A stretch of DNA of 64,000 bases from an uncultured Victivallales bacterium (lineage in GTDB: Bacteria > Verrucomicrobiota > Kiritimatiellia > UBA8416 > CAYOBW01): positions 18,249-82,248 of the forward strand of contig CAZJYI010000022.1 in assembly GCA_964550025.1 (NCBI GenBank), given 5' to 3'. Every line of letters starts with the position of its first letter. The stretch's first letter is position 1. The notes under the pieces are model-generated. The model did no database searches. It saw only the letters and a program-made list of their open reading frames with translations, and was not told the DNA's origin. A program made the translations under genes and the position numbers. Of the stretch, positions 35,701 to 43,549 are shown piece by piece.

Positions 35701-35965
35701 GCGACTTGCCGGCGAAAGTGTCCACGGAGGCTCTGCCGTAGCAACCGGCAGCCTGGATCTTCTTCCGAAGCGAGGCCACGTCATCCCTGGAGGTCGCCAG
35801 GCACTGAAAGACGAAACCAGGCCTGTCCCACTCCCCGGAAACGCTTTCCATCGCGTCCCGTCCTATGCACACCACGAACCCGCCCCGGACCTCGTGCAGC
35901 TCGGCCGATGCGACGGCAGCCACACACAACGCCGTGAAGAACAATCCAACTCCCGTCACTCTCAT
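32720..35965 (-). CDS. P2: exported methyltransferase-like + double PQQ/BamB-like beta-propeller protein
   Basis: MRVTGVGLFFTALCVAAVASA; GGFVVCIGRDAMESVS…FQCLATSRDDV…LPYIDGMVNLVI…RVLAPGGVSV; DDWTHYTYDASGVMV; HQRCYPGRATKDW; VRGSCIYGIMPANGLLYKPADTCACH; DWPVYRGDSSRSGYT; C-terminal PVFDGMAAAHGALFIPLSDGNVVCFGKEE. Confidence 0.75.
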   Translation of the reverse strand: MRVTGVGLFFTALCVAAVASAELHEVRGGFVVCIGRDAMESVSGEWDRPGFVFQCLATSRDDVASLRKKIQAAGCYGRASVDTFAGKSLPYIDGMVNLVIARRFDMGEVDRVLAPGGVSVIGGKKTRKPFPPSIDDWTHYTYDASGVMVSRDERVAPPRRMQWDGDPKWLRNHEFMSSMHAMVSSGGRIFYIMDEGRRSHIFLPPKWRLIARDGFNGTVLWKREMADWHVHVWTMKSGPGYLPRRIVAMDERVYATLGYNAPVTALDAASGKTVHTYEGTIGTEEILLADGVLYLLVDPAKKPTGFRESTTSWAQAKTTTNLKFGWSRKQPERLVVAVEADTGEIRWRHQTHIAPLTLACAGGRVYYYNGDDVVALDAGTGSQTWRTPTPITYTPATGYTHRMVYADETVIFCHSGIIHAFEAKNGRELWKEKLLKTGHNSPNDLYVMGGRVWSVGTGVQQTHGTPIKAFNLKTGDIVEDFAAENIEGYFMHQRCYPGRATKDWLITSGTGTEFYNVGGERKVDIHHHVRGSCIYGIMPANGLLYKPADTCACHFQSKITHMTALAAGESRVDRPVPEPERLFKGAAYGEVEAEAGPRVEDWPVYRGDSSRSGYTSTSLGTQLTEQWQAEIGGKLSAMVVGGGMAYVAAVDRHTLYALDAKKGSVAWTFTAGGRIDSPPTLYKGLALFGCADGFVYALRASDGELAWRYHAAPGRGKMMSRQQIESRWPVHGSVLVARNRLYALAGRNMLLDGGMRMLLLDPVTGEKKSETVLNEIDPETGKHIQHKMPGKAMPVANPDILSCDDKFIYMGAQKFEYDGKRIDVNAPKFKEMEQYGEGRHLFCPTGFLDDSWFHRSFMIYGRTGGEGHNEYARVTGITPIGRLIALDEDNAYGFRAANYANTMRPRTHHLIYSAPRDRTEQEKAAVAAQKRAAVSKPEPAAESSHKKGKRPKKGKKEPSYRPPKLKYHWQVENPGVLANAMVLADDTLFVAGPPDITDEGAAFQANFEDSDSGIMRSLKKQDEAWDGAQGGVLVAVDKQTGEKKAEYKLDHIPVFDGMAAAHGALFIPLSDGNVVCFGKEE

Positions 35966-35998
35966 CTGCTTCTTCTCCTCATTGACGCGGACCTCTCC

Positions 35999-36059
35999 GT
36001 AGCGGAACTCGCCAAGAGTTCCGACCTGGCCCTTCGGAAGCCTCCGCGGCTTCCGCTAC
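35999..36059. repeat. REPIN-like doublet of GTAG-headed hairpins
   Basis: GTAGCGGAACTC-GCCAA-GAGTTCCGAC … CGGAAGCC-TCCGC-GGCTTCCGCTAC. Each half is GTAG plus an 8-bp stem hairpin, one on each strand. The outer GTAGCGGAA and TTCCGCTAC are also mutually complementary. The TAG of the minus-strand GTAG is the sulfatase stop codon (36056-36058). Confidence 0.65.
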
Positions 36060-37570
36060 TTGCCCTTCTTGCGATTCGCAGGAACATACTTCTTCAGTCG
36101 CGCCGCGACCTCTACGTGCTCCGCCGCCCGGCGTCCCGGCGCGAGCAGGTTCGTGATCTCGCCAGGGTCGATACCATGGTCGTACAGCTCTTCCGAACCG
36201 TCGCTGTAACTGATGTAGTACCACTGATCCAGAACTACGCCGATCTGCGTGCCGCCCGTGCTGGTGATAACGGCCGGCGCCGTACGTTTCGCCTTCGGGT
36301 CGTTGAGCAACGGAACCAGGCTTACCCCGTCGAGCTTGTGCGGCGCTTCGAGATTCAGCAACTCAACGAGCGTTGGGTAGATATCGATCATGGACACGGC
36401 TGCACCCGCCGTGCCGGTCCTTCCGCCGGGCATCCTGATGATCATGGGCATCCCCGACGCTCCTCGCCACACTTTGGACTTGCCGAGCCGGTCCTTCTCG
36501 CCCAGTTGGTACCCGTGGTCGCCCATCAGAATGACGATAGTGTTGTCCGCGTGACCACTCCTCGCCAAACCATCCAGCAGAATACCAACCGCTGCATCCG
36601 CATAGGAAGCACAGGCATAGTAGGCGTGGCGCATGGCCGCCCACTCCCTGGGCCAGGGCTTGATGTACTTAGCGAACCAATCTCTCCCTGCGCCCGCGGC
36701 CCTGGGCAGGTCCGCGATGTCGTCGGCAGGAATATGGGGCAAGACCAGGCGGTGCTTGTGCTCCTTGGTCTCATACAGATCGAAAAACGGTTGGGGGCAG
36801 ATGAGAGGAATGTGCGGTCTGAAGATACCGCAGGCCAGTAGCCACGGCCCGCTGTCGGGCGCGGGACCGCCTGCCACCTTCGGGCGGGATGCATCCTTGT
36901 TCAACCAGGCGGCGCCCCACTCCGCCACATTGAAGTCGAGCGTGTTGGTCGGCTCCACTTCGGGCTCGAGCGGCCCCCAGACCCACGTGGACTTGAGATG
37001 TCTCCTATCCTTCGGGTCGACATCCACACGGGTGTTGAGCACCCACTTGGGCAAGCCGTTGGGCTGATGAAACCGTTCTTTGAAATTCAGACCGAAGAAC
37101 TTCCCGCCATCGATGCCGGGCTGGTACGTCCACGACTCCGGGTCGGACAGGGGCGATGGCTCCTCCTTCGTGCCGCGCCGGTTGTGGAAGATCTTCCCGG
37201 CTGCGATGGTGTTGTAGCCGTTCGCTTTCAGCAACTGCGGCAGGGTGGTCAGGAACTTCGCGGGTTCCGTCTCGCGGAAGTGCTGCGTGTTGTTGAAGAC
37301 CCCGCTGTTCTCAGGGCGCTGGCCGGTCATCAGCGAGACGCGCGAGGGATTGCACGACGGACAGGCGCTGTATGCGTTGGCGAAGTTGACGCCTGACGCC
37401 GCGAGCTTGTCGATATTGGGCGTTATTGCCGGCCCGTCCAGGCACCCCACCTGCCTGTTGAGGTCGTCGACCATGATCAGCAGGATGTTGGGTTTCTGCG
37501 CACCATCTACCACGCGGACCGCAGACACCAGTGACGCCATGAGTGTGAGTACAACGAAACGATACATCAT
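36056..37570 (-). CDS. S1 sulfatase (stand-alone paralog of the C-terminal half of 25016-27679)
   Basis: PNILLIMVDDLN, YSACPSCNPSRVSLMTG, ILMGDHGYQLG. Signal peptide is MMYRFVVLTLMASLVSA. The ATG overlaps the upstream stop (ATGA at 37567-37570). Confidence 0.9.
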   Translation of the reverse strand: MMYRFVVLTLMASLVSAVRVVDGAQKPNILLIMVDDLNRQVGCLDGPAITPNIDKLAASGVNFANAYSACPSCNPSRVSLMTGQRPENSGVFNNTQHFRETEPAKFLTTLPQLLKANGYNTIAAGKIFHNRRGTKEEPSPLSDPESWTYQPGIDGGKFFGLNFKERFHQPNGLPKWVLNTRVDVDPKDRRHLKSTWVWGPLEPEVEPTNTLDFNVAEWGAAWLNKDASRPKVAGGPAPDSGPWLLACGIFRPHIPLICPQPFFDLYETKEHKHRLVLPHIPADDIADLPRAAGAGRDWFAKYIKPWPREWAAMRHAYYACASYADAAVGILLDGLARSGHADNTIVILMGDHGYQLGEKDRLGKSKVWRGASGMPMIIRMPGGRTGTAGAAVSMIDIYPTLVELLNLEAPHKLDGVSLVPLLNDPKAKRTAPAVITSTGGTQIGVVLDQWYYISYSDGSEELYDHGIDPGEITNLLAPGRRAAEHVEVAARLKKYVPANRKKGK

Positions 37571-40125
37571 CGGTCGTCCTTTCTCATCTTCTCCGCCTCG
37601 ACGATCTTCCGCATGTCCTCGTCAAACGCCTCGCCGTCGAACGGGACAACGACGATCTTGCTGCGGTGGTTGTCGTCTCCGCGGTCCTGTCCCTTACCGA
37701 CATCGATCACGGAAAAGATGAAATGGGTCACGTGGCCACTGTCTTCGTCGACGTGTGCGGTCATGCGCTCTACGAAGGTCCAGTCGTTGACGGTGCCGTC
37801 CGGATAGCGGAAGACCTTGTCCACGCCCTTCCGGAAGGCGATGCCGCGGTACGTCCAGGCGGAGAGTCCGTCCTCAGAGGTGAAGTGGTGGGAGGTCTTC
37901 GAAGGCCAATGATTGTAGACGATGTGATACAGCCCGCCGCTGTACCAGATGGTGGGATCCTCGTTGCGAGTCTGCGGAAGCTCGGGATACGGGCGATAGA
38001 TGCGGTCGTTCACAATCTTGTAGGGGCCTAGAATCCCGTCCTCGCTGATCATCGGTGCAGTGGAGCGCCCGATCAGCATGTAGCGGCCATCGGGGCGCAG
38101 TAAAATCTTCACGTTCGACATGTGGCCGAAGCTTGGCTGCGCCGGATTCGTATACCGGGCCAGCCCCTCATCAAAGCCATTCAGGTCCACCTTGATCTTA
38201 CCGAGAAGCTGCCATGGGCCACCCGGCGAATCCGCGGCGAAGACCTCGCCTTCCGTCGTCTCGCTGGTTACGGCCGCCCAGCGTCCATCGTGCATGCGCA
38301 GGCCGATAACGTTGCAGCCTTCACCCTGTTGCCAGTGTGGCCACATTTCGCCCTTGTCTTCATAGGGGCCCATTACACTGTCGGCCACGGCATGGATGGC
38401 CTTGGAGTGCCGCTTCCAGCCGTCGGCGTGGGAGAACTTCTGATCCCAGCGGCACCCGAAGAAGTGGACTTTGCCGTCGTCGTCTTCTACGAGGCGGCCA
38501 TCCCAGTAGCACCAGTCCTCGCTTTCCAGGCCGTTCTTCACGTCGCGCGGCAGTACGTTGCGTTCACCCCAGATCCCCTCGGATACCAACGGACCCTGCG
38601 GCTGCATCGGCAGGAAGTAGTCAATGAGGCTCTTCTTGCCGTCGTCAAAACGGAAGGCGAAGACATAGGCGGCTTCTTCACGAGATGTCTTCCCTTTGAC
38701 TTTGATCTGGAGCTCTTCATCGGTCTGTTTCCAGTCGATGCCACCCCGCCCGCCGACGAACCAGACCGACGCGATCGGGCGCGACTCGTGTGGATGGCCT
38801 TTTGCCAGCGATTTGATTCTAAAAATGCCATCCTCGGGCCAGGCCAACGATGTCGCATAGAGCGTATCGCCTTTGCTCGTGAAGCGAATGTCCGCCGCGA
38901 CGTTGTCCGCATTCTCCTTCTCAGAGTGGTGCCCGGCGCTGACCTTGGTCGGGCCCTCGCCGTGGGTTTTCCAGGGGCGCGTGCCGTAGATCGCCTCCCC
39001 GTTAACCTTCAGCCACGCGCCCATGTCCTTCAGAATGGCTTTCGCCTCATCCGGGATCGTGCCATCGGCCTTCGGGCCTATGTTCAGCAGGAGGCAGCCG
39101 TTCTTGCTCACGATGTCGATCAACTCGTCGAGCAGGTAGTCCGAGGTCTTGTACTCTTCGTTGTCGATGTAGCCCCACGAGATCTTTCCGATGGACGTGT
39201 CCGTCTGCCAGGGACGCGGATGGATGTCCGTCATGCGGCCGCGTTCGATGTCCAGCACGATCAGGTCCTCGGGGAAACGGTGGTACTTCATGTTCTTGTC
39301 CTGAAAGACCACACCCTTCTGCCACTCGAGCCCCTTGTTGTAGTAGTAGGCAAGGACCTTCTTGTGCACCGACTCGAAGCCCGGCTTGTCCAGGCCGAAG
39401 TCGAACCACATCACGTCCGGCTCATACTGGTCGATGATGTCCGTGGTGCGGTCCCACCAGTGGTCGAGGAACTCCTGGTCGGGTAACGAGTCCTTTTCGA
39501 CCGGCCTGCCGTAGAGGTCATAGAATCGCGGATCATTGGTATCCCAGCTCGGGTCCTTCCGGTAGTAGTAGACGCGGTTTAGCGCAAAGTGCGAAGAGGC
39601 CCCAAACTTCATGCCCTGGGTACGGCAGGCGTCAGCCAGCAGCCGCATGGTGTCCTTCTTAGGGCCCATGTCTGCCACGTTCCAGCGTGTGTGTTGCGAC
39701 GCGTACATCGCGAAGCCATCATGGTGCTCGGCCACAGGAACGACGTAGCGCGCTCCCGCCTGCTTGAACAGCGCGGCCCATTCCCGGGCATCGAACTTCT
39801 CGGCCTTGAACAGCGGAATGAAATCCTTGTAGCCGAACGTCGACGGCTCGCCGTATTTCTCGCGGTGGTAGCTGTACGCGTTCATGCCTCCCTTTTTGAA
39901 GCCCTTGGCGTAGATCCCTTTCGGGTACTTTTCCGACATGTATGCCGGCACCGCGTACGGCCCCCAGTGCAGAAAGATCCCGAACTTGGCATCGCGAAAC
40001 CACTCGGGACACTTGTAATGGCTGCGAATCTGGTTCCAGTTGGGCTCGTAGCGGAACTCTTCTCCACATGCGCAGGACGCCACTAGCAACCCGGCGAGCA
40101 TACTCAACAGGAATTGTTCTCTCAT
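37567..40125 (-). CDS. fusion protein: GH29 alpha-L-fucosidase + C-terminal five-bladed beta-propeller (GH43-like) domain
   Basis: GH29 part: CPEWFRDAKFGIFLHWGPYAVPAY, ARYVVPVAEHHDGFAMY, DIVSKNGCLLLNIGPKADGTIP, AIYGTRPW. C-terminal roughly 370 aa: WCYWDGRLVEDDDGKVHFFGCRW…, DSPGGPWQLLG, NEDPTIWYSGGLYHIVY. Confidence 0.85.
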   Translation of the reverse strand: MREQFLLSMLAGLLVASCACGEEFRYEPNWNQIRSHYKCPEWFRDAKFGIFLHWGPYAVPAYMSEKYPKGIYAKGFKKGGMNAYSYHREKYGEPSTFGYKDFIPLFKAEKFDAREWAALFKQAGARYVVPVAEHHDGFAMYASQHTRWNVADMGPKKDTMRLLADACRTQGMKFGASSHFALNRVYYYRKDPSWDTNDPRFYDLYGRPVEKDSLPDQEFLDHWWDRTTDIIDQYEPDVMWFDFGLDKPGFESVHKKVLAYYYNKGLEWQKGVVFQDKNMKYHRFPEDLIVLDIERGRMTDIHPRPWQTDTSIGKISWGYIDNEEYKTSDYLLDELIDIVSKNGCLLLNIGPKADGTIPDEAKAILKDMGAWLKVNGEAIYGTRPWKTHGEGPTKVSAGHHSEKENADNVAADIRFTSKGDTLYATSLAWPEDGIFRIKSLAKGHPHESRPIASVWFVGGRGGIDWKQTDEELQIKVKGKTSREEAAYVFAFRFDDGKKSLIDYFLPMQPQGPLVSEGIWGERNVLPRDVKNGLESEDWCYWDGRLVEDDDGKVHFFGCRWDQKFSHADGWKRHSKAIHAVADSVMGPYEDKGEMWPHWQQGEGCNVIGLRMHDGRWAAVTSETTEGEVFAADSPGGPWQLLGKIKVDLNGFDEGLARYTNPAQPSFGHMSNVKILLRPDGRYMLIGRSTAPMISEDGILGPYKIVNDRIYRPYPELPQTRNEDPTIWYSGGLYHIVYNHWPSKTSHHFTSEDGLSAWTYRGIAFRKGVDKVFRYPDGTVNDWTFVERMTAHVDEDSGHVTHFIFSVIDVGKGQDRGDDNHRSKIVVVPFDGEAFDEDMRKIVEAEKMRKDDR

Positions 40126-40126
40126 A

Positions 40127-43100
40127 CTACCTCCCCTTCTGTCTTTTGGCCTTTGGAGTCGCCGCCTGCGCGCGCTGGTCGGCGCCCCAGGATTCCTTCA
40201 CGGCGTCCGGCCGGAAGGCATCGCTCCCCGGCAAGTGGTAAAGGGCCAGCGATGCGAACATGGGGTAGTTGCAGACACAGCCGTGTCCGAGCATCGGCGC
40301 CGACATCACGCCACCGGCGGGAATCAAACTGGAAGTGCAGCCGGCGCGCATCGAGTTGAAGGGGATCGTGCGTCCCGAGTCGATGTCGTAAAGCTCCGTC
40401 GCGGCATCGCGGTAACTGACCAGATGATCGTTTCCAACGGGGCGTCCGCAGGTTCGCGCATTGGGGATTTCACACTGCTCGCGAAGCCTCTTCCCAGTCT
40501 TGATGTCCACCAGGTAGCCGAGTCCCCCGGCCGACAGGGTCATGATGAGATGGTCGTCCAGGATGTTGGGCGGAGAGAACTTGGCGAACTTGCCCATCTT
40601 CGGGTCCGCATAACGCCAGGACTCGGCACCGTCCCCAGCATGAAACGCGATCGCGTCGTTCACGTTGTAGGAGACAATCAGCAGCTTGTGCCTGGCATTG
40701 TAGCCAATCCGCGGCATGGGCGGTTTCATCCAGGGGCGTAGCGACGTCATTGTCGTCTTCACCCACGAGGGATAGTTGAAATCGGTGGACCAGAGTTCCT
40801 CTCCCGTAGTCGGGTTCAGCGCGAACAGGGTTGCGGTCTTCTGGAACTGGTCACGATCCATGATGAACTTGTCCGGCTCGCAGTCGATGCCGTAGAGCGC
40901 ATCGCCGCCCAGCGCGTAGGTGATGGCCCTGCGGGAAGCGGTCCGCATCCACTTCGTTTCCCCGGCCCGCCGATCCAGCGCGACCAAATTCCTGCCGAGC
41001 ATCGATATCAGCAGGTCGTCCCACAGACGAACCTCTGTCCACTCCGGAACCGACTGAACAGCTTTCTGCTCCCCCGTCTGCGTATACCTTTTCGTGAGTG
41101 GCCCAGTGCTCTTCACAGCTTCGGCATGGAACTCCTCCGGAATCGACAGCGCCCCCATGTCTTCCCCGGTCTGAGTGTTGTACATGCGGATGCTCTTGCC
41201 GGTGATGCAGTACACCCGGTCTCCCGCCACGACGTAATTGCGTTCCGTGGGGCGCCCGTACAGACGGCTGTCCATCAGGCGCCCGTTCAGGTAAGCCGTC
41301 GAAGGCATCTTCGTTCCCCAGAGATAGCTGCCGGTGTAGGCATCCACTGCATGCAGTCTGTCGATCGTGATGATGTAAAGCCGCCCGTCCTGCACGAGAG
41401 GATAGGGATTGCGATCGTGCTGATACTGCGTCTCGGGCGTGAAGAAGCGGTCAATGTCACCCGAATACCAGAGAACGCCCAGTGGCCACTTGACCAGCTT
41501 GTCACGGCTGACAAAGCTGTTGTCCGCACCGGCTGCCTCGTGAGTCCAGTCCGCCGCACCCTCGGGGGCGGAGCTGCGGGCGAGCGTCGAACCGGACAGG
41601 CGGTAGTCGGCCTTTCCAGCGATCAGCTTTCGCATCACCCCCTCGTCCACCGAGGCGGTCAACTCCATCTTACCCGTGAACGGTCGCATCGCATCCAGCG
41701 CATGCGAGAGCGTCTTCTCCTTGTCGCCGAAGAGAACCGGATCGTTCACAACCACGAGGCTGGCCCAGTACGGTGTAGACGCCAGCCCTTCCTCAACAGG
41801 GATCACTTGAACACGGCGCCCGTGGATGCCCTTCCCATTCAGGTGGCCCCGGGCCTTCGCAACGGCAGCCGAATCCTTCTCCATAACGACGATCCGCCAT
41901 TCAGGGTCTTTGGCCAACTCCAGAACCGCTGCGCCGTCGCCCCAGCCAAGAGCGTACGCATAGCCGTTCTTCGGCGAGTGCTCCACCTTGGGCTCAACAC
42001 GAAACGCGACATCACGTTCAGGGCCCGCACCGAAACAGTGGACATGGCCAAGATCGGAGACGACCACCAGCTTGCCGTCAGAAACAAGCGCGTTGACCGG
42101 TGTCCCTTTGACTGCCGCCTCCCAGGCAACCGACGGAGCTCCGCCCTCCTTCGGAATGTCGATCGCCGCCACTTTGTTCTCCTCTCCGGCAATCAACTGG
42201 TTTCCGGCCTTGATAATGGCTTTGAGCGAGGTCTTCATCTCCCATTTCACGGGGAACTCAATGACGTCGTACGGGCCTTTGTTCTTCTTGGCGGGCTTCT
42301 CGTAGACTCGCCACTCGGGCCGCGTCAGGTCGCGCGCGACGAGCCTGTCGAAGGGCACGCCCATCGGTTTGTGCCGGACAAAGGTGTGTCCGCGGACCAC
42401 CGCGTACTTCTCCGCATCGCCGTGGACCGTTGCGTACATCGTGTCGTCCGTGACAATCCAGTCTGAATAAGCGCTTTCAAGCCCTTCACTGCGTGGCGAT
42501 GACACTGCCTTGTCGCTGCACAGGAACGGGCGATTCTCCATCACGAATGTTGCGGCTCCCGGAGCCCTTTGAGAGATGGACAGTGGCGACCGAACCACCT
42601 TCGTACCTGCCGGCTTTGGCGGAAGAGCGTGTTTGCTCGCGGCAAACCAGTTCCCGCCCTGCACCCAGAAGCGGTCGTTGCCCGCCACGTACCAGGCGCC
42701 GCGGGGCACGGCAAATTTCACGTAGAAGCAGGTATAGGGATCCAGCTTCCCGGTCTTCAGGTCGAACCAGGCCGCCAGCGTGCGGCCCGAGGCGACGGCA
42801 AGTTTGCCGTTGATCACCGCCGAATAACCCTGGGGCGGCAGGCTGATGTCGTAATTGGCCCCGTGATCGCACATGCCGTCTTTCACGAACGAGAGCGCAT
42901 CACTGCGCCAGATAACTCCGCCCGTCCTGGCGTCGATAGCGTTCTGATAGACACCCTCCTCCGGCCATATGCCCGCCCCGAAGTAGATGGTGCCCTCTTG
43001 CAGCACGGGGGCGCCCCGCGCCGGCCAACGCGAAACCATGCGCCCGTTCACCAGCATCAGCATGTCGGGATTACTCTCCGGCACACCACGCCGCCTCCAG

Positions 43101-43546
43101 ATCAACTCGCCTGTCTTGGCCCCGACGCAGCACAGGTAGCCGTCATCGGAAACGAAGTAGACCTTCCCCGCGTCATAGACCGGGGCGAAGCGGACGGGGC
43201 CGCCTGTCACGTAGCGCCACTTCAGTGCTCCCGTCTCCAGGTCAAAAGCCATCACCTGGTCGATCACGCTCGACGGCACGAAGAGCAGTCCCTGACCCGC
43301 TACGGGCGCGTAGCTGAAATCGGCGCACATGCGGTACTGGTGCTCGTAGGCGGGAGCGGGTCTGCCGAGTGAAAGCGACCACTGCTGCTTGATGCCTTTG
43401 GGCAACCCCTCACCGGTGGCCCCCGACCGCATGGCGTCATGCCGCCACTGCGGCCAGTCGGCACCCAACGAAACCTGGGCAGCCACCGAGACAGACAGGA
43501 ACACGACTTGTAAACGCGTACTCATGGAGAGCTGCCGTCCGTTCAT
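40127..43546 (-). CDS. P3: domain-permuted member of the methyltransferase-like/beta-propeller family
   Basis: It starts directly with the propeller that is C-terminal in P1/P2/P4/P5 (ADWPQWRHDAMRSGAT…). A Rossmann-like block sits mid-protein (YALGWGDGAAVLELAK…RIVVMEKDSAAVAKARGHL…VQVIP), followed by ADWTHEAAGADNSFV. The Cys motif lies near the C-terminus (MRAGCTSSLIPAGGVMSAPMLGHGCVCNY). AAGGAG precedes ATG 43546. Confidence 0.75.
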   Translation of the reverse strand: MNGRQLSMSTRLQVVFLSVSVAAQVSLGADWPQWRHDAMRSGATGEGLPKGIKQQWSLSLGRPAPAYEHQYRMCADFSYAPVAGQGLLFVPSSVIDQVMAFDLETGALKWRYVTGGPVRFAPVYDAGKVYFVSDDGYLCCVGAKTGELIWRRRGVPESNPDMLMLVNGRMVSRWPARGAPVLQEGTIYFGAGIWPEEGVYQNAIDARTGGVIWRSDALSFVKDGMCDHGANYDISLPPQGYSAVINGKLAVASGRTLAAWFDLKTGKLDPYTCFYVKFAVPRGAWYVAGNDRFWVQGGNWFAASKHALPPKPAGTKVVRSPLSISQRAPGAATFVMENRPFLCSDKAVSSPRSEGLESAYSDWIVTDDTMYATVHGDAEKYAVVRGHTFVRHKPMGVPFDRLVARDLTRPEWRVYEKPAKKNKGPYDVIEFPVKWEMKTSLKAIIKAGNQLIAGEENKVAAIDIPKEGGAPSVAWEAAVKGTPVNALVSDGKLVVVSDLGHVHCFGAGPERDVAFRVEPKVEHSPKNGYAYALGWGDGAAVLELAKDPEWRIVVMEKDSAAVAKARGHLNGKGIHGRRVQVIPVEEGLASTPYWASLVVVNDPVLFGDKEKTLSHALDAMRPFTGKMELTASVDEGVMRKLIAGKADYRLSGSTLARSSAPEGAADWTHEAAGADNSFVSRDKLVKWPLGVLWYSGDIDRFFTPETQYQHDRNPYPLVQDGRLYIITIDRLHAVDAYTGSYLWGTKMPSTAYLNGRLMDSRLYGRPTERNYVVAGDRVYCITGKSIRMYNTQTGEDMGALSIPEEFHAEAVKSTGPLTKRYTQTGEQKAVQSVPEWTEVRLWDDLLISMLGRNLVALDRRAGETKWMRTASRRAITYALGGDALYGIDCEPDKFIMDRDQFQKTATLFALNPTTGEELWSTDFNYPSWVKTTMTSLRPWMKPPMPRIGYNARHKLLIVSYNVNDAIAFHAGDGAESWRYADPKMGKFAKFSPPNILDDHLIMTLSAGGLGYLVDIKTGKRLREQCEIPNARTCGRPVGNDHLVSYRDAATELYDIDSGRTIPFNSMRAGCTSSLIPAGGVMSAPMLGHGCVCNYPMFASLALYHLPGSDAFRPDAVKESWGADQRAQAATPKAKRQKGR

Positions 43547-43549
43547 GCC

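Noticed and set aside
40048-40059. GTAGCGGAACTC, identical to the head of the REP-like element at 35999, found inside the GH29 fusion gene
   Set aside because: It lies within the coding sequence (encoding EFRY on the minus strand). No hairpin or partner follows it, so it is most likely a chance 12-mer match.
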